From Parcubacteria group bacterium (GTDB taxonomy: Bacteria; Patescibacteriota; Minisyncoccia; JACPHC01), in NCBI GenBank assembly GCA_016188775.1, contig JACPHC010000001.1, positions 45,519 to 109,518 on the forward strand: a stretch of 64,000 nucleotides of DNA. Reading direction: 5' to 3'. The first letter of the stretch is position 1, and each line of letters starts with the position of its first letter. Position numbers and translations under genes: made by a program. This document shows, in pieces, positions 46,254 through 54,578 of this stretch. The notes below the pieces were generated by a model, which was not told the origin of the DNA, ran no database searches, and saw nothing but the letters and a program-made list of their open reading frames with translations.

Positions 46254-47462
46254 ATGCTCAATAAAAAAAGAATTATTTACGCGATAATTTTTCTGGCGGC
46301 TGTTTTTTCCGTTGTTATTTTTTTAAAAATAGCGACAACTAAAAATAAATTAGAATTTCTGGCGGTTGAAGCCAATATTGTTGAAAAAAATATTGAAAAC
46401 AAACAAAAATCGACTTTTCCGATTAAAATAAACGGAACCGAGATTAACGTTGAATTGGCTGATACGGAGGAAAAAATAATCAGAGGCCTTTCTGGAAGGA
46501 AAACTCTTGGTCAAGACGAAGGAATGCTTTTTCTCTTCAAAAAACCTGACATATATTCTTTCTGGATGAAAGAAATGAATTTTCCGATAGACATAATCTG
46601 GATTGATCAAAATCATAAAATCATCGATATCAGCGAAAACCTTTTGCCAAGCTCTTATCCGGCGATGTTTCGGTCTAAAGCGCCGGCTCAATACGTGCTG
46701 GAAGTCAATGCCGACTGGGCCGCGGAAAAAAATGTCAAAATCGGAGCGCCTGTTTCGTTGTCAGAAAATATCTTGAATTTAATAAAACCGAAAATATCGG
46801 AAATCTCCGAAGAAACGACAATTATTGAAAAAACAGAATCCCGTCCGAACGACTCGGTCGAGCAGATTTCTCAAAACGATTCGCTGATCTTATTTACCGT
46901 CCCCTTTACGCCTCAAGCGCCCCTTGGAAACTGGAAAGACGACAAACAACAAAACGGCTGTGAGGAAGCCGCGGCTGTTATGAGCATGCGTTGGGTAAAA
47001 AACCAAAAATTAACATTAGCCGAAGCGGAAAAAGAAATTATTTTCATTTCCAATTTCGAACTCGCCAAATACGGAAATTACCGTGATACCTCGGCCAAAG
47101 ACACGATGGAAAGAATTTACAGAGATTATTTTGGTTATAATAATATTGAGGTGAGAAATAATATTGGAGTCGAGGATATTAAAAACGAATTAAAAATCGG
47201 CAATTTAGTCGTGGTTCCGGTCAATGGAAGAAAATTAAGAAACCCATATTATAATCCCCCGGGCCCAATCGAACATCATCTTGTCGTGATTGGTTACGAC
47301 CCGGCTAAAAAAGAGTTTATTACCAACGACCCGGGTACGCGCTACGGCAAAAGTTTCCGCTATTCCGAAACTATTTTGGAAAACGCCCTTCAAGATTACC
47401 CGACTGGATACCACGAGCCGATTATTAAAATTGAAAAAACAATGATTGTGGTGAAAAAGTGA
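46254..47462 (+). CDS. DUF192 plus C39-like peptidase fusion protein, N-terminal anchor (start moved to 46254)
   Basis: ELADT...RGLSGR...GMLF...FWMKEMNFPIDIIW...YVLEV (DUF192); VPFTPQAP, GCEEAA, HHLVVIGYD, NDPGT (C39-like). Confidence 0.8.
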   Translation: MLNKKRIIYAIIFLAAVFSVVIFLKIATTKNKLEFLAVEANIVEKNIENKQKSTFPIKINGTEINVELADTEEKIIRGLSGRKTLGQDEGMLFLFKKPDIYSFWMKEMNFPIDIIWIDQNHKIIDISENLLPSSYPAMFRSKAPAQYVLEVNADWAAEKNVKIGAPVSLSENILNLIKPKISEISEETTIIEKTESRPNDSVEQISQNDSLILFTVPFTPQAPLGNWKDDKQQNGCEEAAAVMSMRWVKNQKLTLAEAEKEIIFISNFELAKYGNYRDTSAKDTMERIYRDYFGYNNIEVRNNIGVEDIKNELKIGNLVVVPVNGRKLRNPYYNPPGPIEHHLVVIGYDPAKKEFITNDPGTRYGKSFRYSETILENALQDYPTGYHEPIIKIEKTMIVVKK

Positions 47463-47465
47463 AAA

Positions 47466-48008
47466 CTAATTTTGATTACGGCGTTTATAAATATACAAGA
47501 TAATATAAACGATAACCAGCAATAAATAATTGGCGATTATAAACCAGCGTGTTCCCCATATAATGCCGTTAAATTTCCAGCTGGAAACTGGCCAAAGAAA
47601 CGGCGTGGGAAAAAATTTATAAGAATGTGTCGGGATATCGATTAAAATATGCAAGAGCCAAGCGCCAAGCTCCCATTGAGGTTGTTTATAGATCCACCAA
47701 AAAACGCCAAAAATTAAACTAAAAACAAGCAAACTGTGACTGAAATTATAAAGATGAGCGGCTAAGTTGAAAATCGGGAATCTGGTCTCGGTTGGCGGTT
47801 CTGATTCTTCCGGCCGGGGAAAATCGGCAAAGCGCATTCCGCCGGTGAATAAATTCCAAAAAAGCCAGACAAACGGAATGGTAAAAGCGAAAAGATCGGG
47901 AAAAACTCCCCAAAACGCCGCCAACCAAACATTAAAATTTTTTTTCTTTTTTATGTTCAGAGCTTTATAAACAGCTCCGCTCCATAAACCGTGCGAAAAA
48001 ACATCCAT
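47466..48008 (-). CDS. membrane-bound metal-dependent hydrolase (YdjM-like)
   Basis: SHGLW, PDL, SHSL, HILIDIPTH motifs. Confidence 0.75.
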   Translation of the reverse strand: MDVFSHGLWSGAVYKALNIKKKKNFNVWLAAFWGVFPDLFAFTIPFVWLFWNLFTGGMRFADFPRPEESEPPTETRFPIFNLAAHLYNFSHSLLVFSLIFGVFWWIYKQPQWELGAWLLHILIDIPTHSYKFFPTPFLWPVSSWKFNGIIWGTRWFIIANYLLLVIVYIILYIYKRRNQN

Positions 48009-48031
48009 AATGAAAAATAGTTTTAATTATT

Positions 48032-48361
48032 TTATCGTCGCAAATTCGCGGCTAAAGCAAATTGATCAAAATAGCGCGCTAAATCTTCCAGAGAACTTTT
48101 ATATTCCCTGCCTCCGAAAACCGCGTCCACAAACACTTCTCGCGCCCTGGCAATTTCTCGTCGGCGGCCTTTCCAGCGGGGATCGTTTAAAGTCAAATCA
48201 AAAAGTTCCAAGGCTCGTTCCACCGCGCTCCAAAATAATTTTTCATCTTGGCCGTTTTGACGCCACACCCTGAAAACCTCGCCGCCGATATTGCCAAGCT
48301 GTTGGACTAAGGAAAGCTTGCTCCATCTTCCTTGGGCCAATTCTTTGTGTTGAAAAAACAT
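48032..48361 (-). CDS. conserved hypothetical protein
   Basis: W.KLSLVQQLGNIGGEV.R, RALELFDLT..D, EIARARE; co-oriented with the upstream gene. Confidence 0.7.
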   Translation of the reverse strand: MFFQHKELAQGRWSKLSLVQQLGNIGGEVFRVWRQNGQDEKLFWSAVERALELFDLTLNDPRWKGRRREIARAREVFVDAVFGGREYKSSLEDLARYFDQFALAANLRR

Positions 48362-48368
48362 TTTAATC

Positions 48369-48719
48369 TTAATCTATGACCAATTCTTGAATTATGCTTT
48401 TAATTTTTTCCCTTATTACCGGATTTTCCACGTCTCTGGAACGGTTACCGAGGGCCGGCTTTAAATTCACCATTGAATCAAATTCAATCCATTCATCCTT
48501 CGATTTTTCCGGATAGATGTTAATTCCCCAAGTGTTTTGCCGATCTGAATTTTCTTTTTCCATCAACAACACTTCTTCATCGGCGTGAAGTTCTCCGCCC
48601 ACCGCCATAATTTTTTGTTCCAAATCGACCACGACTTTCACGAAATCTCCGAATACGTCCCTGGCTATTTCCAAAAGCTCGGATTTTTTAACGGGATTTT
48701 TTATTATTCTAATTGGCAT
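48369..48719 (-). CDS. DUF5674-like protein
   Basis: VKVVVD...GGELHADEE..L, WGINIYP, IEFDSMVNLKP..GNRSR. Confidence 0.75.
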   Translation of the reverse strand: MPIRIIKNPVKKSELLEIARDVFGDFVKVVVDLEQKIMAVGGELHADEEVLLMEKENSDRQNTWGINIYPEKSKDEWIEFDSMVNLKPALGNRSRDVENPVIREKIKSIIQELVID

Positions 48720-48745
48720 AAGGCAATTATAGCATATTAAAAATT

Positions 48746-48967
48746 TCAGTTTTTATAAGACGGCCTTAAAATATCAGACAATCCTCGTTCGTCAATAACA
48801 AAATTCCGACCAACTTTTCTGGCTCTTATTTCGCCGGATCTATTTTTTTTAAAAACCGCGACGCGGCTAATTCCTAAAATCTTCGCTGCTTCGGTTGTTG
48901 ACAAAAGTTTTTTATCTATATATTGCCAATATATTCTATGATAACCAATTATATCAATAGTTAACAT
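48746..48967 (-). CDS. excisionase-like helix-turn-helix protein (start uncertain, possibly degraded)
   Basis: LLSTTEAAKILGISRVAVFKK.RSGEIRARKVGRNFVI. Confidence 0.7.
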   Translation of the reverse strand: MLTIDIIGYHRIYWQYIDKKLLSTTEAAKILGISRVAVFKKNRSGEIRARKVGRNFVIDERGLSDILRPSYKN

Positions 48968-48978
48968 ATGTTAACTAT
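48957..48978. promoter_or_regulatory. perfect 22-bp palindrome, candidate operator
   Basis: atagttaacat|atgttaactat at the 5' end of the HTH gene. Confidence 0.55.
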
Positions 48979-48997
48979 GCGACCTTCAAAGCCGACA

Positions 48998-50743
48998 TCA
49001 ATGCGAATAAAAAGCTATATAAAATGCCGTCCCTCGGCGTTCTTCCTTGCCTCTTGTCCCGCTCTTTTTGCTTGCGGCAGCAGGCTTGCCCTGAGCTTGC
49101 TTGTCCTGAGGCGCCTCGAAGGGTCGAATGGGCGACCTAAACCAAATCTTGCCGCCAATTTTTTCTACCATAGATTTTACTAAATAAAGTCCGAGGCCGG
49201 TGCCGTCAACCCGTTCAACAAGCTCAGGGTGGACTTTTTCTCCCGCGACATTATCCGCTCGAAAAAACTTGGTAAAAATCTTGGACTGCTGATCTTCCGG
49301 AATGCCGATGCCGGAATCTACGACACTGATAAGAATCTCGTTGCCCTTTTTCTGCATTTTGACCTGTATCTCGCCGTCGGGCGGCGTATACTTTACCGCG
49401 TTAGAGATAAGATTATCAAAGATGATTTGTATCATTTTAGGGTCGGTTGATAAAAGGAAATTGCTTTTAGCCTGCCCCGCTGTGCCCCGTAGCGAGCTCT
49501 GCTCTGCTACTGGGGTAGGAAGCTTGCTTTCCTTCGGGGAGTAACTTTTTGAAAGTTTCAAATTTTTCTCTTTTATCTTCGGCGCGAGGTCGCGAAGAAT
49601 CATGTCCATCTTTTCTCTCAAATTAACCGGCTCATTTTTGACGGAAAAGACGCCAAGCTCCAAACGAGAAACGTTCAAAAATGCGTCAATGAGCTCTACC
49701 ATCCGCCTGGTATTGGAATAAATTTTTCCGAGATATTCCTTTTGCTTGTCGGGGGACTTGTCGGCGTATCCCGCGTGAATCATCTCGATATACCATTTGA
49801 TGACGGTAAGCGGGGTTTTCAACTGATGCGAAGCCAGCGATACGAATTCGCTTTTGGCCCGATTCAATTCCTGTTCTTTAGCAATCTGCTCATCGCGAAT
49901 TCTCAAAATATCGTTCGTCTGCAATAGTTCAAAATCGCGCCGCACCAAGGTCTTTGCCACGCGATCGAGCTCTTGCTCGCGTTTTCGCAAATCAGTAATG
50001 TCTATGCCCATGCCAACAATATATCCCTTATCCGCGATCACGCTATATACTGCCGAGAAAAAATACGGAATCTTATTTCCGTTTTTTGTTCGAATATTTG
50101 TCTCCATCATGACTTTTCCCTTGCTCACCGCTTCGGCAATGGCCTTTTGGACTCTTTCCTGATCCGGCTCATCAATAAAATCAATGGGGGACATTTTAGC
50201 AGTTTCTTCGTTGGAATAGCCAAAAATCCCGACAAGCGCCCTGTTCCAGCGAACCATGCGAAACGACGAAACATCAAATGCATAAAAAACGCTCGGCAAG
50301 CTGTCTATCACTGCTTGAGAAAATTTCTGCTCTTCGCGCAGCACCTTTTCTATTTCCGAGCAAGGAACCACTTCTCGAAACATTCCCCATGTGGAGATAA
50401 ATTTTCCGTCTTTCATCCGAACGCTGATATTTCCCTCGACATCTATAATGCCGCCGCTTTTTGCGACAAACTGCGTCTTAAGGCCGCTGAAAGATTTACC
50501 TTTTCGCATTTCGCCAAACGCCTCAAAACATGCTTGCAAATGGTCTTGATGAATAATATCGGGAAAAGTCATGCCATTCGCTTCCTCTGCGGAATATCCA
50601 AGAACGCTCTGCCATTTTTTATTAACGTACAAAAACCGGCCGTTCTCATCAACGCTCTGAATTAATTCATTGGCGTTCTCAAAAAGTTCGCGCCATTCCG
50701 CCGCATCGCCCGGCAAGATAAGTTTTTCTTCCTGTATGGCCAT
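48998..50743 (-). CDS. PAS-PAS sensor histidine kinase with in-frame palindromic insertions (start moved to 50743)
   Basis: Two PAS domains; SHQLKTPL, NLISNAVKYT, DSGIGIP, GTGLGL. Confidence 0.9.
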   Translation of the reverse strand: MAIQEEKLILPGDAAEWRELFENANELIQSVDENGRFLYVNKKWQSVLGYSAEEANGMTFPDIIHQDHLQACFEAFGEMRKGKSFSGLKTQFVAKSGGIIDVEGNISVRMKDGKFISTWGMFREVVPCSEIEKVLREEQKFSQAVIDSLPSVFYAFDVSSFRMVRWNRALVGIFGYSNEETAKMSPIDFIDEPDQERVQKAIAEAVSKGKVMMETNIRTKNGNKIPYFFSAVYSVIADKGYIVGMGIDITDLRKREQELDRVAKTLVRRDFELLQTNDILRIRDEQIAKEQELNRAKSEFVSLASHQLKTPLTVIKWYIEMIHAGYADKSPDKQKEYLGKIYSNTRRMVELIDAFLNVSRLELGVFSVKNEPVNLREKMDMILRDLAPKIKEKNLKLSKSYSPKESKLPTPVAEQSSLRGTAGQAKSNFLLSTDPKMIQIIFDNLISNAVKYTPPDGEIQVKMQKKGNEILISVVDSGIGIPEDQQSKIFTKFFRADNVAGEKVHPELVERVDGTGLGLYLVKSMVEKIGGKIWFRSPIRPFEAPQDKQAQGKPAAASKKSGTRGKEERRGTAFYIAFYSH

Positions 50744-50814
50744 ACATTTATGCGTAATTTGAGCTTCAAGAACTTCGCGAAACTTTCGGCGGGTGAAGGT
50801 TTGGCAACCAAAAA

Positions 50815-51270
50815 TCATTCGCCTTTTGGCTCTGATTTTTGGACCAAACTCTTCACTTTTTCCACCACATCGGGAATTTTCCAATCCGACTTTACCAGAT
50901 AATACGACGGCTGATCCTCTACAATTCCATGCATTATTTTGTCGTCCGCGCTTAAATTGGTAAGCAGTATAATCGGCACTTTTCTTCCCCAACTGTTTGT
51001 TTGGCGCAATTTCTTCATCATCTCCATTCCGCCGATTTTTGGCATAAGAATATCGAGCACGATAAGATCGGGGTGGGTCCCGAGCGCCTGCGCCAGACCC
51101 TCGCCGCCATTTGACGCTTGCAGCACCTCAAATCCTTCGTGGCTCAACGATTCAGCAAGAGCTTGGCGCATATCCGGTTCATCTTCAACCACCAAAATCA
51201 TGGCAGCTTTACTTGCCCCGTACCGAACATTACTCTGGTGCTCGGGGTTTTGAACTTTATTTTGCAACAT
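50815..51270 (-). CDS. single-domain response regulator receiver
   Basis: ILVVEDE, VLDILMPKIGG, LLTN, YLVK. Confidence 0.9.
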   Translation of the reverse strand: MLQNKVQNPEHQSNVRYGASKAAMILVVEDEPDMRQALAESLSHEGFEVLQASNGGEGLAQALGTHPDLIVLDILMPKIGGMEMMKKLRQTNSWGRKVPIILLTNLSADDKIMHGIVEDQPSYYLVKSDWKIPDVVEKVKSLVQKSEPKGE

Positions 51271-51305
51271 ATATTTTTGCGTTATTCATTAACGACCTTG
51301 AATTT

Positions 51306-52091
51306 TTATTTATTTTTCACTCGAAGGGCGAAACTCATTCTTTTGCCGAAATTACTCTCAACGCTTCGAATAAGCGAGGAAATTACTTTTGCCGGATCCC
51401 CGCGGATGCGAAGCACCTTTCCTGTTTTCTCGTCAACCTCAAGGCCATCTATGCCTTGAGCGGCCTTAATCGCTTTTTCTCCGACAAGCGACAGCGTCTG
51501 GGCAATAATGCTTGCCGCGATTTCATAATATAAACGTTCATCTTTAGAAACATGCGAATAACTCTGAAGCTTTATTCCGCCCCCGGAATTTCCGCGGCCT
51601 CCATATATGAGTTGAATAACCACTAAAACGCCAACTAACGCAATCGCGCCGAGTAATATAAGAAAATAATTAACGACCCTATCCCGACCTTTGAGCACTT
51701 TAAATGTCGCCGAAACCTCCTGATGAAGGACGGCGTAGTCGGTGATAACAACGTTCAACTCATGAATCCCGCTTTTCGCGCCCTTCGGAACAACAATATA
51801 GTCCAAAAAAGATGCCTGCGTCTCCACCGCTCGGAGCGCTTTTTCCGATGCGATCACGATCTCATTCTCAAAAATTTGATACTCCAAACGCAGGTCTTTT
51901 CGCCTCGGATTTTCCGGGTACTTTATCTCCACCTCAAAATACAGCCGATCGCCGCCAACAACCTCGGTGTATTGATCTCCAATACGGGCGGCGATAGACA
52001 GAGCGTGGGCCGGAGAAGTAAAAATAAGCTCGGCGGCAAAAACCGAAAATAGAACAAATATTAAAATTAAATTTTTTCTAACGGGGTTCAT
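51306..52091 (-). CDS. membrane protein: signal peptide, Ig-like ectodomain, TM and small cytoplasmic domain (start moved to 52091)
   Basis: MNPVRKNLIL...AHA signal; TM YFLILLGAIALVGVLVV; in operon. Confidence 0.7.
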   Translation of the reverse strand: MNPVRKNLILIFVLFSVFAAELIFTSPAHALSIAARIGDQYTEVVGGDRLYFEVEIKYPENPRRKDLRLEYQIFENEIVIASEKALRAVETQASFLDYIVVPKGAKSGIHELNVVITDYAVLHQEVSATFKVLKGRDRVVNYFLILLGAIALVGVLVVIQLIYGGRGNSGGGIKLQSYSHVSKDERLYYEIAASIIAQTLSLVGEKAIKAAQGIDGLEVDEKTGKVLRIRGDPAKVISSLIRSVESNFGKRMSFALRVKNK

Positions 52092-52626
52092 TGTCTGTAT
52101 AAATAAAAAACCGCGCCACGAAAAAATAAAGCAGCGTCGCCTCGGCCGTCTTAAGAATGGAGTGCGCAATTCGATCCCATGGCGGCGCGTACAAAAAATA
52201 ATACATATCAAGAGCTATATGAGCTAACGTTACAACAGCAAATGCCATAAATATATATTTTATGCCGCTCAAGAGATTGCGCGTGAGCCGCCAGAAAATA
52301 ATCAAGACAGACACAATAATCGGCCAGCGAAATAAAACATGATACGCAAAATTATCTAAATCGACAAAAAATTCTGCAATAATCCAAAGGGCTTCGATAA
52401 ACACAGCGACAAGCAACAAAAGCGTCGTTCTTTTCTTTTGCAAGAGAGCATTCTTTATTTCCGCCGGCGGCATAAGAGATATAACTGATTTTTCGGCGGC
52501 GACATTAAGAGATTGATGCCGCTTGAAAAGCGAAATATACTCCGCAAGCACAACTCCAAAAAGCACGATCATAATCGCGTGCTGGGCAAATTCACTCGCA
52601 AGAATAATTGGCTGAAAAAGTATCAT
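52078..52626 (-). CDS. hypothetical integral membrane protein
   Basis: Multi-TM ORF within a tightly packed operon. Confidence 0.65.
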   Translation of the reverse strand: MILFQPIILASEFAQHAIMIVLFGVVLAEYISLFKRHQSLNVAAEKSVISLMPPAEIKNALLQKKRTTLLLLVAVFIEALWIIAEFFVDLDNFAYHVLFRWPIIVSVLIIFWRLTRNLLSGIKYIFMAFAVVTLAHIALDMYYFLYAPPWDRIAHSILKTAEATLLYFFVARFFIYTDNEPR

Positions 52627-52639
52627 GGTATTGATAAAA

Positions 52640-52909
52640 TCAGTTATGTTTTATGCTTTTCAACATCGCAGTAATGATTGCGAGCAATGAAGCGTAAGTT
52701 GTAAAAAATAATAGATCGAGCAAAAACCACAAAAACGTAAATGTCATTTCATAATATATGAAAGCGGCGAGGGCATTTATCAAAATTGCCCACGCAAAAA
52801 ACGGTATAAACAACATCGGCTTTTGACTTTTGCGCGCAAAAGAGCTTACGCGCCATAGCATTATAACAGAGTAAAAAATAAGCAATGTCGCTCTTAATAG
52901 TGGGGTCAT
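52640..52909 (-). CDS. small hypothetical membrane protein
   Basis: Three hydrophobic segments; in operon. Confidence 0.6.
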   Translation of the reverse strand: MTPLLRATLLIFYSVIMLWRVSSFARKSQKPMLFIPFFAWAILINALAAFIYYEMTFTFLWFLLDLLFFTTYASLLAIITAMLKSIKHN

Positions 52910-52914
52910 AGTTC

Positions 52915-53535
52915 TTATTTAATTATCCTCGCCCCGTTAGAAGTTCGGTCGAGTTTGTTATTGTTTATAATTTTGTCAACAAATTCGTCTTCGGCTTTTT
53001 TCTCTGTATAACCTTTATCTGTTGTAAGACTTCTAACGGGGTGAATAAGCAACAGGTAAAATCCGGAAAGCGCAAGCGATATACCCACGAATTCCGCAAT
53101 GCCAAAAAGAAAAAACCAGGGAGTGATTGAAGCGGCTATTTGGGGATAAACCGCTATATATTTTTTAAGCGGCAGTTCCGTAAATACTTCTAAAGCAATA
53201 ATGCTAAAGCCAAAAAGCAAAATCTTTCGCGAATAACATTCTGGAAAATGCGGCCATATAACTGCGATTAAAGCGATGAGCGTGGAAAGAATAAGAATAT
53301 TTGGAAACTCGTTCTGAAAATCCACGCCGAACCAACTGCCGACAAAAATCTTTGCCCAAAGAGAAGTAATAAAAAGAGTCGCAAGCAAAGCAAAAAGAAA
53401 CGCAAAGATTGCATCAAAGTATATTGACTCTGTTGATGGTTCGACTTCGCTCACCATCAATCTCCTCGAGTCTGAGCCTCGGAGTCGAAGACCTGAGCCC
53501 GTCGAATGGATTGACTTTTTATTCTGGCTCTCCAT
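52915..53535 (-). CDS. hypothetical membrane protein with palindrome-derived N- and C-terminal segments
   Basis: Four TMs; HPVRS...TSNG and STGSG...VSEVEP segments map onto DNA palindromes. Confidence 0.65.
   Translation of the reverse strand: MESQNKKSIHSTGSGLRLRGSDSRRLMVSEVEPSTESIYFDAIFAFLFALLATLFITSLWAKIFVGSWFGVDFQNEFPNILILSTLIALIAVIWPHFPECYSRKILLFGFSIIALEVFTELPLKKYIAVYPQIAASITPWFFLFGIAEFVGISLALSGFYLLLIHPVRSLTTDKGYTEKKAEDEFVDKIINNNKLDRTSNGARIIK
52932..53041. repeat. CCCCGTTAGA-family element, in frame inside a CDS
   Basis: ccccgttagaagt...acttctaacgggg, 13-bp perfect arms. Confidence 0.85.
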
Positions 53536-54578
53536 AAAAAATTACATCATCGTAACGCCGACTGGCTGTAAAATACCATAAAAGCGCCACGATAAGATGC
53601 GTAAATAAAATGACAGCGATAGTCGTAAGATACGATATGCTTCGCCACCAATGATGTTCGATATTTTTTGATACCGCCGCCATCACCCAAAAATACTGAC
53701 TCTCGTGCGAGGGACCGAGAACCTTATTAGCCCCTTCATACATGGCAAAATTGCTCTCCGTGGGATATATCCTCCAAAAAGTAAAAAGGGTATTTCGTGA
53801 TTCAAAATATTGCGAAGATGCGTCCGAAAGGATATCTGCCGGAACCTCAGGAAAGTCGCGATAAAAACTGCTTGCCTGCCCCGTATACAACTTGTTGTTG
53901 TACGGGGCCTCTGCCTGACCGGAGGAAAACTTCTCTTTTCCCCGATCGGGATTTGCAAGATAAAGGCCGCCCGCGTCAAGAAGAAAAACATCCTCGCCAT
54001 CTCGCGCGAGCCTTCGCACCTCCTCAAGAAAATAGGACGCGTCAATTACCGAGACAATAACCTCTTCTTCGCCGCGTGGCCACGCGCCAGAGCCTTCGGC
54101 GCGGTACGGGACAGGCGTAGCATAAAAAAGCGCGGCCGACCCTTCGTGCGCTATGATTTGTGAAATATATATTTCGCCATCCGAAAGAGTTCTTGCGCGC
54201 GATACGGTATCAAAAATCGCAGGGGAAACTTGCCCGCAAAGAGTATCCCCTGATTTTTCTTGCCTTATCCGCATAAAGCAATTATTCTTTTGAGATTTCT
54301 TTGTATGCCTCGTTTCTTTCAAGAAAATTGAAAAAGTCGGCGTGCCTTGAAAGTGTTTTTAAAAAAAGCAGGTCTTTGCCGGCGCTTCCGGGAAAATCAT
54401 TCATCACGGCAAATGTATTTTTCAGCCGGTCGTCAATGTCATTGCGAACCATCGCTTCGCGTAGCTTCTCTGTCTCGGCATAACGGAAGGAAAGAATAAT
54501 AATGGATAATGCCGCGGAAATGCCGATCAAAACCAAAGCCAGCGCGATTAATTGATTTTTCGAATAATTCCATATCAT
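53519..54578 (-). pseudogene. frameshifted Cache-like extracytoplasmic sensor (TM-ectodomain-TM), split near 54290
   Basis: ORF 54282-54578 (TM, coupled by an ATGA overlap) overlaps ORF 53519-54322 (IYIS...ATPV...FLLDAGGLYLANPD, C-terminal TM) in another frame. Confidence 0.55.

Noticed and set aside
50744-50992. N-terminal 83 aa of the 664-aa kinase ORF (likewise the extensions on def, dnaB and 51306-52211)
   Set aside because: They overlap upstream genes in another frame; downstream ATGs fit the domain boundaries better.
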